Below are positions 11,036-25,077 of a DNA stretch of 64,000 nucleotides, piece by piece (position 1 is the stretch's first letter; every line of letters starts with the position of its first letter). Position numbers and translations under genes: made by a program. The notes below the pieces were generated by a model. The model saw nothing but the letters and a program-made list of their open reading frames with translations, was not told the origin of the DNA and did not search any database. The DNA comes from Podarcis gaigeae (taxonomy: Eukaryota), in the NCBI GenBank assembly GCA_964106915.2, contig OZ066916.1, one strand, 5' to 3'.

Positions 11036-13037
11036 CCCCAACATAGTCATCCTGTTTGTGCAAGGACTTTTGCTTGTGCAGTTGAATTTTCCTTCCCACT
11101 CCTCTCTCCGCTGAGCCTCCCCTGCACCAGGGGAGGATTACAGTACTTCCAAAACAGATGGAAGGGGGACGGGAGGAGGGAAGAAAGTGTGTGTGTGTGG
11201 GGGGGGGTGAATTAGGTTGCACAAGCAGAAATCCTTACATGAATCGGACAACTTTATTGGATACAATTGGATTAGTCTGTGTTTGTACGAAAACCATAAA
11301 ACAGAGCCTAGAAGTTCACCTGGATGGCTTTAGACACTGCCTTTCAGCCTACCTCACAATTTTCTTTTAAAGTTAGGATGGAGGTGGGCTTATCACATGC
11401 ATTGTCCTGAATTCTTTGATGGAATGGTAGTGTGATGATGATAATTATTAATAAAAAGATTACTGAAGCAGTTAAACAGTTAACTGCTTCCCCATGCACC
11501 CTATGACTAAAGATGCTAAAGACAATGGATTTTAATGTAAAATTGGAGTTCTTGATTGAACTGTTTTCTTTCTTCTGTTCTTGTTTCCTTGCATTCATTC
11601 ACTTTGATTATCTCATTCATTCACTTTGATTATCTCATTGAATGATTTTACTAATGAATGAGTTGGGATGTATCCAAGGAAGAAGACATTTAGTAATGGT
11701 AAACTACTACTATTTTAATTTAATTGTAGATTTCTAAAGATTCTACTAATGAGTATGTGAAGCCTCTGCAAATATCTGACAAAAACTGTTGAAATCAACT
11801 ATGCATTATTACGCAAAAACTGTTGAAATCAACTATGCATTATTATGAACTTGGCTATCTATTAAAATTCAAAAAACTCAACATGGAAGGGCAGTGCAAG
11901 TTAATCAAGTGCACAGCTTACACCAAAAAAAATACTTTTCAAACCTTGAAAAATAATGTATGGAGAGCAAAGGATTGTGTTGTTAGTCAACTAAACAAGA
12001 GGTGATCTGATGGTTGCAAAACTTTCTATTTCCCAGCAACACTTTTGGTTTTTGGTTTTGGTTTTGGAAGCAGTGATAATTCTGGCATGGTTCAGAATGA
12101 ATTAGGAGTATTCTAAATAATGATTTTTAAAAGTCTAGTATGATTTTGATTAGTAGTCTGTTTTATTCCAAGGACACAAGTCAAGGTCAATGTTGCCCCA
12201 ATAAAAGGGATATACTACAGCTTGCAGCTATAAATCACAGCTTTGCCTGAGAACTTGAGAGAATCATTGACAATGGCACGCTGACATTTAGGTTGTCTTT
12301 TCTTCATTTGCACTAATATATGCATGCAGGAGAAACTATAATCTATGAGTGAAATTTGCCTAAATAGAGTTTGAATTATAATAGTGACAGAGCTTATCTT
12401 AAAACTCCTTGTTTAGAGTTAGAATTGTATTGATTAAAGCATATCTTAATCGTAAAACTAAGTCTAACATAACTCTTGGAGGAAAATGCATCTGTCTCTT
12501 AAATCTCCACAGGGGAATCATACAGTGAAACAATGTTTTAAAACAGTAAATTCTGCATATAAATATTTGCTACACTTTGGTGGAGCAAATTTGTGTGACT
12601 CCCTCTCCTCTGCCTGGCAGCATGCCCCATGGGTTTCAGTCATTGGTTGGTTTCTGACACCAATGCTAGGGAATAGAATTAGTTTGCCATGGAATTACAC
12701 CAATTTGGACATCTTTTAAAAAGAGATTCAACAAACACACAGAGGATAAAGATATCAGTGGATGTTAAATATGATGACTACATAATGCCGCTACTATTAG
12801 ACACAATCTGCCTCTGAATATCAGTTGCTGAGGATCATGAGTAGGCATGTGATTGGCCACTGTGAAAAAAGATGGGCCTTTGGCAGGGGCAGACTTTGGT
12901 CTTTCAAATTTCAGTGGCGCCCTGTGTGCGGCTAAAATTTGTACCCTTTCCTGCTTCTCATCTTCCATTCTGCTCAATTCACTGCATCATAATTTTGGCT
13001 TGGGATGTGGGTGGCGCTGTGGGATGTGGGTAAGCTT

Positions 13038-13392
13038 GGGATGTGGGTGGCACTGTGGGTTAAACCACAGAGCCTAGGACTTGCCGATCAGAAGGTCAGC
13101 GGTTTGAATCCCCGCGACGGGATGAGCTCCTGTTGTTTGGTCCCAGCTCCTGCCAACCTAGCAGTTCAAAAGCACGTTAAAGTGCAAGTAGATAAATAGG
13201 TACCACTTCGGCGGGAAGGTAAATGGCGTTTCCATGCACTGATCTGGTTCGCCAGAAGCGGCTTAGTCATGCTGGCCACATGACCTGGAAGCTGTATGCA
13301 GGCTCCCTTGGCCAATAAAGTGCGATGAGCGCCGCAACCCCAGAGTCGGTCACGACTGGACCTAATGGTCAGTGGTACCTTTACCTTTACCT
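13038..13392 (+). mobile_element. Sauria SINE (Squam1, lacertid type), full length
   Basis: Head GGGATGTGGGTGGCACTGTGGGTTAAACC, body CCAACCTAGCAGTTCAAAAGCAC, (ACCTTT)n tail; flanking repeat GTAAGCTTGG at 13030-13039 and 13396-13405. Confidence 0.93.
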
Positions 13393-16300
13393 ACAGTAAG
13401 CTTGGCACCCACTGTGACAGAACTGGTTGCGCTACACTAAATCTGTCTCTGTCTTTGGTCTCATCCGGCAGGGATTGTTTTGCATTCCTGTTTCTTCCTT
13501 GCAGCCCTTTCTTTCTCTGGCCATGAAAAAATATAGCACATCATATTATGTGACACCTCAGTTGAAGGCCTAGTGATCCTGCTATTATGTAACATGCAAA
13601 TATCAATAGCAGATTATGACAGATTACCATTAAGTATGTGGCAGACTTGGAAAAAATGTAGAGTTGCTATTAAAACTTGTTTATACTAATATATCAATTG
13701 GTGATTATGGTTTGCAATTCGCACATCCCTGGTTACACCTACCAAAACAAAGAGGCTGCCATCTTCCATTTGGCTGCTGGGCTGCATTCTTATCAAGGAG
13801 AAAGATTATGCTGATATGTGGAAATATTTCAATAGCCACAGGTTTTTGTGTGTGTGCCTTTGATTCCCTTAATCATGGACACAAAGCTGAACCAGAACCC
13901 AGCACTCAGCTGGAGGCTATCTGGAGCTTTCATTAGCTTTTTTACCCTTCATAATAAGAAATTCTGTATTGCTGAGCGTAAGAAACAAATGACCTTGAAT
14001 TATCCTGAAATGTTGTTAATGCTTGTTCACATAACAAACAAGAATTACAGGAAACATTATGGTTGTTGCTATTCCTATGTTCTCATCAGGTATCTTTGTG
14101 GATGAAGGTCAAAATGGGGAAAGACAACAATGAAGGAACTAGTGAATGTAAAATCAAGTTATTTTCCAAATACTTTTATTCATGCCTGAAAAATATTTTA
14201 TATAACTTGCCCCTTTCCATCAGCATGATCTTCACTGATACAAAGATGAAGTACGTTAACAAGGTAACACAGGTGATAATCTGGCATCTGAAATCATTCA
14301 CACAAACAGAAAGCTTAAAAGCACATAAGTATTTGTTTGAGCTATTGTTGTCATCACAGCAAGTGTAAAGTCAGACGTAGTTTTTCACATTTAATAGTAT
14401 AAGGTCTCCCTGCTGAAAACATGTACCAGATGCTGGCTTTCCTCAAGGTTAAATGTGATTATAGCATATACACACACAAATTTCAGGCAGAGATTAAATC
14501 ACAAAATAATGAGATCCTCTCGGAAGGTAGCATACAACTGTGATTATCCTACCTTTGCCTCTAAGATATGCTTCTGTTTTAAATTCTTTCTGCAGAACAT
14601 TCACTGTGAAAGGGAGTTTTATTGGGCTGCACTTGAAAGTTGATTGACTTTTTAAATAAACTGTAGGACAGTCCAACAGTTTCCCCCTATTATTATTTAT
14701 CTGCAAGTAATTTTAATCTTGATATACATATTCACGTACTTAATTGACTTGGGACAGTCGTTCAGTTAAAATTAGGGCACTACAATAGGTTAAGTGCTAC
14801 CTGCTGTATGGCTGAATTTTCTTATAAGGAAACATCTGATAACAGTTTGAAGGGTATTCCTATTAAACAGGAGGAATAAGCATCTAATGCCGACTTTCAG
14901 ATAAGTGACATCAGAACTCATTGGAAGGCTCAATCTAAACCGTGTCTGGGGGAAGTGGAGAGAGAGAAGGCTGAGCTCAGTGAAGGTAAGAAATGATTGG
15001 GGTGGAGGGTAAGGATCATCACACTGCTGATCAGTGGATTTGCTAGAATGAATTCTGATAAGAGCACATATCAACACTTTGCAGCAGTTAAGAGCTGCTT
15101 GGCAAATGAAGTTACTTCTTGACTCATGTTATACTTGCACACAAAAATGGCCATAGTCACAGTTCTGGGATATGATGTCTGCATTTGTACATACTTCTGG
15201 TCCATGGTTTAGCATTACCGGGGTGAGCCACAGACAGCCTTAGTCCCACATACTTCTCTCTCCTCCTCTGGTACACTGGTGAGAAGGAGTTTGGAAGAAT
15301 TTGCTTCCAGTTTAGACCAGCTGCAGGCCGGCATGACATCAGAACTCAGACAAACTGCAATTAGTCCCACCTTTGTACAGTATTAAGTTATTTAACAAAT
15401 GCATATCTCACCTTTTAGAAAGCATTGCACAATCACATCAAGTTAAGCAAGCCTCCAACAATAATGTATTTTAAAACTCCAGTAAAACCCAGATCAGCAC
15501 AAAATATGCATAGATAAAATAATAAAAATCGCCAACAGATAACACAAGTGGCTGAACTAAGTTTACGAAGACAAAGCTATGTCCAACTGTAAAAACAGGA
15601 CGGGGAAATAGGTTTTCTACAGTGTGGTCCCACTAAGAGTGGTCAGTAGCAGAAAGAAGCCAAGGTCAAATCATCAGTTTAAGAAACTGACTTGTTTTCT
15701 TAAAACCCAACCATCTATGTCTATTCAGTGATTTCTATCTCCAACTTTTAATTTAATGTATCTAAATTCATTCTGCAGATAAAATGAATATCTGCATACT
15801 TACCGGTACTTCCCTTTAGCTATAACACTGTAGATGCTTTGTGTCATTTAATCGCCCTCAGCCCAAGTCTCCATCTCAACTCATGCTTCTTTCCTTGTAA
15901 GGAGCTTGCTTTGTCATTTAATCCAGTCTCCCCTTACTCTTTAGTCCCAGTGCATCATGGATTTGTAGTTATAATTATTTCATGAAACACTTGGGTATAA
16001 AGAAATGTCTATACTATATGTTTATAATTTGACAGTTGGTATAATACCTGTATCTGGAGACCCAGAATTTTACTGGTGCACATCTGTTGGTTACTATGTG
16101 AGTCTTGGAGAAAACATATTAACCAATTAATGTATGCAAAACCCTTTGAAGATGTAAAGCCCTGTTAAAGAGCTAAGGGAGATGGCCAACTAAGCAACAT
16201 GCATTTTATTAACTTATATTGCTAAATATTTTTAGTAGTCTCTTGAAATTTACGCTGCTGAATTTATATGAGAGAACAAACAACTAATAGGGTTATGGAT

Positions 16301-16780
16301 GGAAGGGAAAAGGAAGATGTCACGAGTTTAGTATCTGAAAGCTGTTATAAGCCTTTTAGTTAGGTCACATTTTGGAGCAAAGTTGCTTGACAGGCAAATT
16401 GTTTATGAATATAATTAATGTAGTTCCATTTTTAATAACTAGTTTGCTGTCAAGAGAGTTTATATATGGATAAAATGTATGTGCTATAAAACTTTAATTT
16501 AACCAGGTGAGTACTTAATAATATTTCCTCGAAGTCTCAGTTGCTTTTTTAAAAAAAACACCAAACCTTTTCAGTCTTCTTTTAGACAAAAATGCCCACC
16601 TTTGCTACTTGAAATCATGGTTGCCTTCATTTCTCCAAGAGATTACAGATGGGACTGTCTCCAGGTATTATTATGCCTTGTTTGACTACAGAAATCAGCG
16701 TTAAGTGTTCTGAAGCTCACTCAAGCATTTTCCCAGGCACCTCCCATACACTCCTGGAGCAAGAACTGGATTTGTTAACA

Positions 16781-16916
16781 CAGGCTTCCTCAACCTTGGC
16801 CCACCAGATGTTTTGAGACTACAATTCCCATCATCCCTGACCACTGGTTCCGCTAGCTAGGGATCATGGGAGTTGTAGGCCAAAAACATCTGGAGGGTCG
16901 AGGTTGAGGAAGCCTG
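16781..16916. mobile_element. hAT-type palindromic MITE
   Basis: TIRs CAGGCTTCCTCAACCT / AGGTTGAGGAAGCCTG; perfect 8-bp TSD TGTTAACA. Confidence 0.92.
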
Positions 16917-17502
16917 TGTTAACAAAATGCATAGATTCCCCCCCCCCCATGACTGTATCTGTTGGTACTTTTTTTTTTTTAAGGTGCCAGCTGATGTCAA
17001 CAGGCAGGGAGTTCCAAAGCCTGCGACAGTAAAAGATCTTACAAACGTGGAACAAGTTTTATGTGGTGCCTTTAACAGTGTCTTAATTCCTATTAATGTC
17101 TTAATTCCTGATATAGGGAGAATGGGGAAAAGATAGCCTGGGTTTAGGACTTATTGGAAAAGGTTCCTAAGAGTTTTTTGTGGTATTTGGGCGTTGGATT
17201 GACATTGCTTTGATTTTATACCGTCTACACAAATTCTTGCTTTCCCTGTGTGCAACCTTTGCCATTTGTAAATCACCAGTTTCCTGCAAAATCCACCATA
17301 AGAGTCCAGAATTCAGCTCTTCGATTTCCCACCTCTGAGGGAATAGAGTAGTATGAAACAATGATAGTAATGCTGGGCATATTTTGAGTCTGAGTAAATC
17401 TCCTAAAAAGTGGATATGTTGAAAATAGTTAAAATTCAGGATACGGTGGTAGTTAAAGTTACTTTCATGTTTGCAGAAGCTGAAAGTATTGTGTGTAACA
17501 AT

Positions 17503-17759
17503 GAAGAAGAAGAGAAGAAGAGTTTGGATTTGATATCCCACTTTATCACTACCCGAAGGAGTCTCGAAGCGGCTAACATTCTCCTTTCCCTTCCTCCCCC
17601 ACAACAAACACTCTTTGAGGTGAGTGGGGCTGAGAGACTTCAGAGAAGTGTGACAAGCCCAAGGTCACCCAGCAGCTGCATGTGGAGGAGCGGAGACGTG
17701 AACCCAGTTCACCAGATTACGAATCTACCGCTCTTAACCACTACACCACACTGGCTCTC
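17503..17759 (-). mobile_element. tRNA-derived SINE (Squam3-like)
   Basis: Minus strand starts GAGAGCCAGTGTGGTGTAGTGGTTAAGAGCGG (box A) with a GGTTCAC box B-like motif; (TTC)n tail; near-identical to 36861-37118. Confidence 0.88.
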
Positions 17760-17937
17760 AATGTAGTTTTAGTTGGTCAGATTTGGTCAGGACTCCCTCA
17801 GACCAAGACTACCACTGATTAGAAATATTCAGAAATATGAATCTATTTATACTATGCTTATCTGGAAAATGTATAGCTTGAAAATAGGCACCCTTGATTT
17901 ACATTTATGAAGAATAAAGCATGTGTGCACTAAAGAC

Positions 17938-18282
17938 GGAGACTCTTGAGAGTCCCATGGACTGCAAGAAGATCAAACCTATCCATTCTTAAGGAAATCA
18001 GCCCTGTGTGCTCACTAGAAGGACAGATAGTGAAGCTGAGGCTCCAATACTTTGAGCACCTCATGAGAAGAGAAGACTCCCTGGAAAAGACCCTGATGCT
18101 GGGAAAGATGGAGGGCACAAGGAGAAGGGGAAACCAGAGGACGAGATGGTTGGATAGTGTTCTTGAAGCTACCAGCATGAGTTTGACTAAACTGCGGGAG
18201 GCAGGGGAAGACAGGAGTGCAAGACGTGCTCTGGTCCATGGGGTCACGAAGAGTCGGACATGACTAAACAACTAAACAACAA
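17938..18282 (+). mobile_element. BovB LINE 3' fragment
   Basis: Encodes RVPWTARRSNLSILKEI...GVTKSRT; (AAC)n tail; 10-bp TSD CACTAAAGAC at 17928-17937 and 18283-18292. Confidence 0.95.
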
Positions 18283-18311
18283 CACTAAAGACATGCACCA
18301 GCCTCAAGAGT

Positions 18312-18313
<2 letters not shown>

Positions 18314-18371
<58 letters not shown>
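18314..18371. repeat. (TA)n microsatellite
   Basis: About 29 perfect TA units. Confidence 0.98.
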
Positions 18372-18376
<5 letters not shown>

Positions 18377-18904
18377 ATTTCCCGGGCAGCTCTCTAAGGG
18401 GCCTCCACTCCCTCCCTGCACTCTGACCCTCAGGAGTCATTTCTGATCTGCATTTGACTTCAGGAAGCAGGTTGATCTATTTTGAGTTGCTCTGTTCTCT
18501 GTCAACTTTTATTTTTGCTTCATGCCCACAACAACTATGTTTCCCATTGTGCAGTATTACGAGGAAGAAAAAGAAAAAAACTATAACTCCCTCCTCTCTT
18601 TTGACAGAAATTAATGAAATACGCAGGCATAGCAAAGGGATTAATCTTGCCAAATTGCAAACAAATCCATCCATGGGCTTGAGGGCTGGGCACCTTTATT
18701 TTTGTTTTTTGAAAAAGGAAGCATCTAACCTTTGGGAGGAACTGGATAACATTTGCAGCCTTGGTTCCCCTTTCTGAGAGCATGAACTCAACCAGATTTC
18801 AGAAGGATAGCTACCGTGGCAGCAATTGCAGGTTGGAGTGTGTAAAAAGGGGAATCGCTAAACCTCCCATAATGCTTTGTGGGCAATTGGCTTCAAAATT
18901 GCAG

Positions 18905-18979
18905 GCATGAGAGTGGTGCCCCTGGATAACAAATCTGTCAAACTGCAGACAGATCGTTCCAGGGGCATTTGTGCTCTGC
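18905..18979. ncRNA. Candidate pre-miRNA-like hairpin (unverified)
   Basis: About 27 hand-counted pairs: TGCCCCTGG/CCAGGGGCA, AAC/GTT, ATCTGTC/GACAGAT plus outer pairs, 8-nt loop; lies in repeat-free sequence. Confidence 0.3.
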
Positions 18980-19879
18980 ATCTTTAAAGTTGATTAGGAG
19001 AGTAGCAGAAAGTGAATCACTTTCCTCCATATGATTCTGTTCCTGTTTATTTATCCCTCCCCCAATCCGCTGGGATCGGATAGCCATGGAAAAACTTCAT
19101 TTTATGGAAAGCAAGACATGTCCATTGCAAAGCAGCGTGTTGTTAAGTTTTGCTTATGGAAAGCTCCACCCTTTCTGCAGCCCCAACTCCCACTATATGG
19201 CTAGTAAATGAGACAAATGAGTAAATTTCTCTGGCAAGATATTATATGCACTTTATGTACTTGCATTTTTAAAAAACATATTGAGTTATGAAGTACAAGG
19301 AGGCACTCTGTGTGTGACACACCTGCTTAAATATTTTTTGGAATTCGTAAGTTGTATCTACCACTGTGTATTTTTAGCGTCTCATAGATGTTTACATACG
19401 TATGCCAAAACATGTAACGAAGTTGATTCTCTGCCAAAACAAAAGCTGCCATTGTACCATCCAAATAGGCTACAGATTGTTGTGTCCTCCACTTCTGGTA
19501 CAACTTCCATTCAAAAAGTATCAGCTGTATGCATGCTCACAAGATCTTTCCTTGGCAGGAGACCAGCTGGCAGCAATGCGGGGGGCACGGCAGAGAGATA
19601 AGAAGACAAGGCTTACTAAGGCAGGGGATCCCAAGTGCCCTGTGTTACTGGCATTGCTGATTATTCTGCAGATTCAGAAAACAACTGGGCTGAGGGTGAG
19701 AGAGCATAGAAGGAAAGCTCCCCCCTTTCTATTTTCTGTCTAGAAAAATAATCTTGGTGAGGCAGAATGTCTGACTGGTTAGGAACCACTTGAGAAACTG
19801 GGCCCTTGTCTCTACACCAAGGTTATATTTTACTGCCAGTAACATATAGAAAAAAAAGTAATTGCTGCATAGTTAAGGA

Positions 19880-20016
19880 CAGGCTTCCTCAACCTTGGCC
19901 CTCCATATGTTTTTGGTCTACAACTCCCATGAGCCCTAGCTAGCAGGACCAGTGGTCAGGGATGATGGGAATTGTAGTCTCAAAAACATCTAGAGGGCCG
20001 AGGTCGAGGAAGCCTG
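19880..20016. mobile_element. hAT-type palindromic MITE (same family as 16781, opposite orientation)
   Basis: CAGGCTTCCTC...GAGGAAGCCTG; TSD GTTAAGGA/GCTAAGGA (7/8). Confidence 0.9.
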
Positions 20017-21689
20017 GCTAAGGATATGCCACTTTTAGGTGGCAATTCTATACCTACTTACTTGGAAGTAAGACCCATTGAACTCAATGGACTTATTTTC
20101 AAATTGACTTGTATCGGATTATGTTTTCATTTACCAAATTACTGGATTTTCATTTAGATGCCATGGAAAGCCATAAAAAGAAGCTGTTTTATAACCTGAA
20201 AAAGTTTACATCCCTGTTTCTTTCTTTTCCAGCAGAAGGGCAATATATATATTCATTTTTTAAAAAAAAAATATTGATGGATTCTTTGTTTTATATTTCA
20301 GAGCACTGAGCATATGGCCATTTCTGCCTGTGTTCACAGCTTTGCAGCAGTGCCTGTCAACATCCGCCAGAGAGCAGAGCAGCTCTAACACCCGGGTCTT
20401 TTATGCTTTGGAAATCAATGGAGACAGCTACACAGCCAGATCCTGGCCAAACAACATGGATTGCAGTTCATTTCAAAGGTCAGCGCATATTTAAACTTGC
20501 TTCATTACTTCCACCTTTATGCCTGAGATTTTCATTTTTTGAAAATCAGTTTACCTAGGTTCCTTTAGAGACAGAAAAAAAATGAAAGTGCTGAGTCCTA
20601 TTTTCATTTGGAGATATCAAGCTTTTTATCAAATTATAGTGGTGGCGTTTCAGAATATTTCATATCTGATCAGAAAGAAAATCCAAAAATAATTTTCTCT
20701 TTCTTCAAGAGTCTTTGAGGCACTAGGACTGTTTTATTTATTACTTGATATCCGTGCACTAGTCAATCATTTTTGAATTCAGACAAGAAAATAGAATTCT
20801 TATTTTTAACAGTGTATTAAAAAAAAATCCTAAAAATGTGTACTGTTGAAATGCTGTGGGTTTTATTTCTAGCATAAAATTAGAGACCCACTTCTCATTC
20901 TGCTGAATGTATAATGTTGGTTTTAACCACAATAGATTATAATGAAGCTGTACATTTAAGAAAAGCATCTTACATTAGTTAATTATGGGCACTACACCTC
21001 CTGTGTATTTGTACAGCAACATTTATCTTTTAGCTTTCAGGCTCTTGGCTGCCTTGTATCATTGAGAACACTTCCATGTAGCTCTATTCCGAAATATTGG
21101 TGCTTTCACGTTGTGTGCCCATGCGTGTGTGGAGCATTTTTTAATGTTAATGTTTCATCTGAATATGATTCTAAAGAATGGATCACCTCTTTTGTTTATT
21201 AGCCCAATAGAACTGTTGCTCTGCTGTATAACTCAGTAACATTTACTGGAGGAGAAATAAGGACTTCGGGGACCTAATTTCAGATTTTGCAGTCCTTTTG
21301 TTTTCTATGAATATATGAAACAAACCTAAACATAAGTCTTCAAGTAGTAATTTTCTCTTCTGTGATGTGTTCAGCGACCATTGCTTTCTTCAATAAATTA
21401 ATCCCCACAGCCTTCCCCGCAGAATTCTCATCTCTCATACCTCAAGAACTGCAGCATGATGAGAAGGAAGCCAGAAATGGCCTTCTTGAGGACATAGCCC
21501 TTGCAGGCAGCCCAACACGTAGTGCTGCCCATCTCTTCTTTCTGACACCCAATATAGTTCCCGTGTCATGAGAAAAAGCATTGCTTAATGTCAGTGCTAA
21601 GTCTTACAACCTTAAGCAGGGATAAGTCAACAACATGTGACATGATTGTCAAAACATCTACACTTGCTGCCCATCTGCTGCCGAGCCTG

Positions 21690-21970
21690 GTTCAAGGTTC
21701 TTGCATGGTTCAAGTCCTGAATGACTTAGATCCAGGATACCTTAGGGACTGCCTGGACTCTTATATCCCAGATCGATCACTGAAATCATCTGTAGGAATG
21801 TTGTTGGTTTCCCCCTGACTTGGCAAGGCTAATTTGACATCAAAGTAGGAACCAAGCCTGCAGTGTCACTGACCCAGTTTTGTGGAATGATTTTCCAGTT
21901 TCAGCAGGAATCTTCTATATTCAACTTTACATGCTTGCCGAAAAGTTTCCTTTGCTGCGAGCCTTATGCA
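21690..21970 (+). mobile_element. Degenerate L2 LINE 3' fragment
   Basis: Translation VLNDLDPGYLRDCLDSYIPDRSLKSS resembles the L2 ORF2 C-terminal motif KALNGLGPGYLRD...RSLRSS. Confidence 0.65.
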
Positions 21971-22064
21971 AGCAATTAACACAAATATTTTTTGAAATAG
22001 TTGGTAATCCGTTATTTATTTGTTTATTTTAAAAAACCCACAACAGTGGCTTTTATTATGTATA

Positions 22065-22172
22065 CAGTCATACCTTGGAAGTCGAACGGAATCCATTCCG
22101 GAAGGCTGTTTGACTTCCAAAATGTTCAAAAACCAAATCGTGGCTTCTGATTGGCTGCAGGAAGCTCCTGCA
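22065..22172 (+). mobile_element. Tc1/mariner (Tigger-like) MITE family B, left half
   Basis: TA-CAGTCATACCTTGG; matches the first ~110 bp of 41899-42148. Confidence 0.8.
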
Positions 22173-23658
22173 CTTTTTGTGGGGTGCAGGGCGGGAGATA
22201 TACAGCAATTGACATAACCACGAATGCCAATACTTGATGTTCATTCTGGGAAGTTCATCCTAGCTTTTCCATGAGAAAAATTGTGTTCTGGCACAATCTA
22301 TTTAACTATGCATTACAGTAATGATTCAGGACACTAAGCCTGCACTATATTTGATGAATAATGGTTCCAGAGTGACTGGGGGTTACCACTCCAGTATTTT
22401 ATGTTAATAAGGAAGACCTTATAAGATGATAAAATTCCAGAAGAGATTTCCTTAGCCCCAGTTTTATACATGGTATCTAAGTGAAAGGACAGGATTTCTT
22501 AACCCCTGAATTTACCAAGTGCAGCATATGAATTCCTCCTAATGGGTCTATGTTTACTATGACTTCTTCAAAAAAGGAACTATAGCAGAATCCTTAAAAC
22601 GTAGCAGTTTTTGACCTGTTCAACACACTGCCATTGTAGGTACTGTGCGCAAGACAATAGAAGAAATAAAACTGATGACTAAAATAGTTAATATCATCCT
22701 TATGCTTGTGGATTTCAGTTTGTTGTATGAGCAAGAGTTCCCGCTCTTAGCATTCGTACTTGAAGTATGAAGTAGCAGCCGCTGTGGTATTTAAAGCTTA
22801 GGGTCTTTAAGCCACAAGGAGCACTGGTGCAGACTTAAAGATTCAAATGTCATTAAGCTTAATATTTTTTCAAACTTCTTGTGGGCTTGTAATAAGCTTA
22901 CTCTATGTGCTATATGATAAGACAGGATGAGGCTAGAACATGTATTTGACAAAATACCAAATAGAGCTTTGGTAAAGTTGCTATAGCTAAGAAGCCTTAT
23001 GGCTAGTAGGGACTGGATTTGTATTTATTTATTTTAGGCTACAGCAAAAAAATGGGAGATGATTCACACATGATTCTTTCTTTCTCTCTCTCCACATGAG
23101 TAGCCTTGACATTCCGTGGATTATGGTGGCCATGGGACTTATTATTTAAAGGGGAAGGGATAGCCCTCAATTTAAAGGAGTCCTTTGTTTGAAAGACTGT
23201 CTGTTCCAAGCCTAGTTTACAAAAAATGAACAGTTAGAAGACAGAGCAGGGCCTTGAAGCTGCCCATCAACTGAGCAGCCAGCTAAGGAGGCACACAGAC
23301 CAACCGGTCGCCCAGTCTTCCACACTATGGGGATATATTCTATATTTCTATTTAGCTTATAGTAATTATCACTAAATTTGTACTTATAAGTAAAAGTAGC
23401 ATATTTTGGGGATATATCTTTTTGGGCTGTGCTTTAGTGTCTACTCTGCTTTGAATGCATGTGTGCATGAAGAAATGTAACATGAACTGGGCAATCACAG
23501 AGACGGCCAGCAAAAATTTCCGAGTGACTTCTGAGCTTGGTGAAGGTTTCTTGACCCACTTCCAGAGAAATGAAGCCATAAAGTGTTCCATGAATGCCTG
23601 ACAGGCCCCATGGAAATCAGCACTTCATTATTAATTATTCATTATTATTATCATTATT

Positions 23659-23897
23659 ACAGTCAGAAAATTCTTCCTGATGTCTAGTCAGAATCTGCTT
23701 ACCTGAAGCTATTGGTTTGAGTCCTACCCTCCGAAGCAGGAGAAAACAAGCTTGTTTCATCTTCCATGTGACAGCACTTGAGATATTTGAAGATGGCTAT
23801 CTTCAAATCTCAGTCTCCTCTTTTCCAGGCTAAACATCCCCAGCTTCTTCAACCGTTCCTCATAAGGCTTGGTTTCCAGGCTCTTGGTCATCTTGGC
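23659..23897 (-). mobile_element. CR1 LINE ORF2 3' fragment
   Basis: TTCCAGGCTAAACATCCCCAGC (reverse complement encodes LGMFSLE) and AAATTCTTCCTGATGTCTAG; homologous to 32493-32773. Confidence 0.8.
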
Positions 23898-25077
23898 CTA
23901 TGCACAATAGGCTTCTGACAGTGAGGAAATTCTAATGGGGCTTTTGGATCTTTTCTACCCGAATGCACAAGTGGGATTTGTGTATGTTTTTGAAGATTAA
24001 TGAATTTAGCTCTGAGGAGAGGAATTCTATAACTGGAAGAAGATTATTTTCCACAACCTTAAGATGGAACTTAAGTTTTGGGGTGATAAGGAGGTTTACA
24101 TTGCCTCCAACCACTAAGTAATGCTACTCAATCTCGCTTCTATTTGCCCATCATATGGTTTAACACATAAAATAAAGCTGAAGGTTTGTTACTGTAAATA
24201 ATGCCATTTCTCTTCATTTCTGCTCTCTGTCTTTCAAGGGACCCATGTGTTTTCTTGTGGGAGACTGATGTGTTACGCTGATTTTATCATTTCAAAAAAT
24301 TAGAGGAAACATCTATTATAGTTTCTTGGTCTCAATACCCCTGGTGCATCCTAGCAGAGGCTAAGTCTAATTAAGGCTGCATAACATTGCTTGCACTCCA
24401 CCTTAATAATATTACAAAGCACAGACTATATATTATTCCCAAATCACCATCCTCCCTACCGTTTTATTTAACATCCAGTCTTGAAGAAGAATTCCAGAGT
24501 ACTCAAAAGATTGCTTTTGAAAGCGACATTTTTGATGATCCTAATAATGATATTATCCTATTGTGACTTTCTGAAGTTTTTCCAAACATGACCTGTGTTT
24601 CTTTAGATATATTATCCAAGTAGCAGATAACACCCGCCACCCCGAATTGCATAGTTTTCATGGCTATGGGCTTGAAGGCCCAACTAGATGTGAATTTAAT
24701 TATGTGGATGCAATTAATGTGTATGCTTTTTGTTATGTAAAAAAAGCAGCTGTGGGGTAGCCTAAGCAGCCATGGGGCTGTGGAAATGGGGAGAGGAAGG
24801 CTAACTTTTTCTCTGCCTGCATCAGGCTCAACAAACATGGCCGATTGAAGCTGCTGTTTATATTTCAAGGAAGCTTCCATTGGTGCCAATGGGAGCCTTG
24901 TTTTTCTGCTTGGCAGTCACATTAGATAAATAATGGAAACTATTATATTGTGGATCTCAGAAGGATTTTTTTTAGATGCTCAGCTATAAGCTTGCTACAA
25001 CAAGCTTCATTTTCTTGCTATCTTGTCTTAACTGGGTACATCAGGCTGTTGTGGTGGTCTACATATATTACACATCA

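Noticed and set aside
17690-17759. tRNA-like A/B boxes (also in other SINE heads)
   Set aside because: These are 5' heads of SINEs followed by SINE body and tail, not tRNA genes.
18955-18970. Minus-strand AAUGCCCCU, similar to the miR-365 seed
   Set aside because: The rest of the sequence does not match miR-365, so no gene name was assigned.
20303-20478. Possible internal exon after TTTCAG with one open frame
   Set aside because: Weak donor (GTCAGC) and unrecognised peptide; better treated as a candidate non-coding element.
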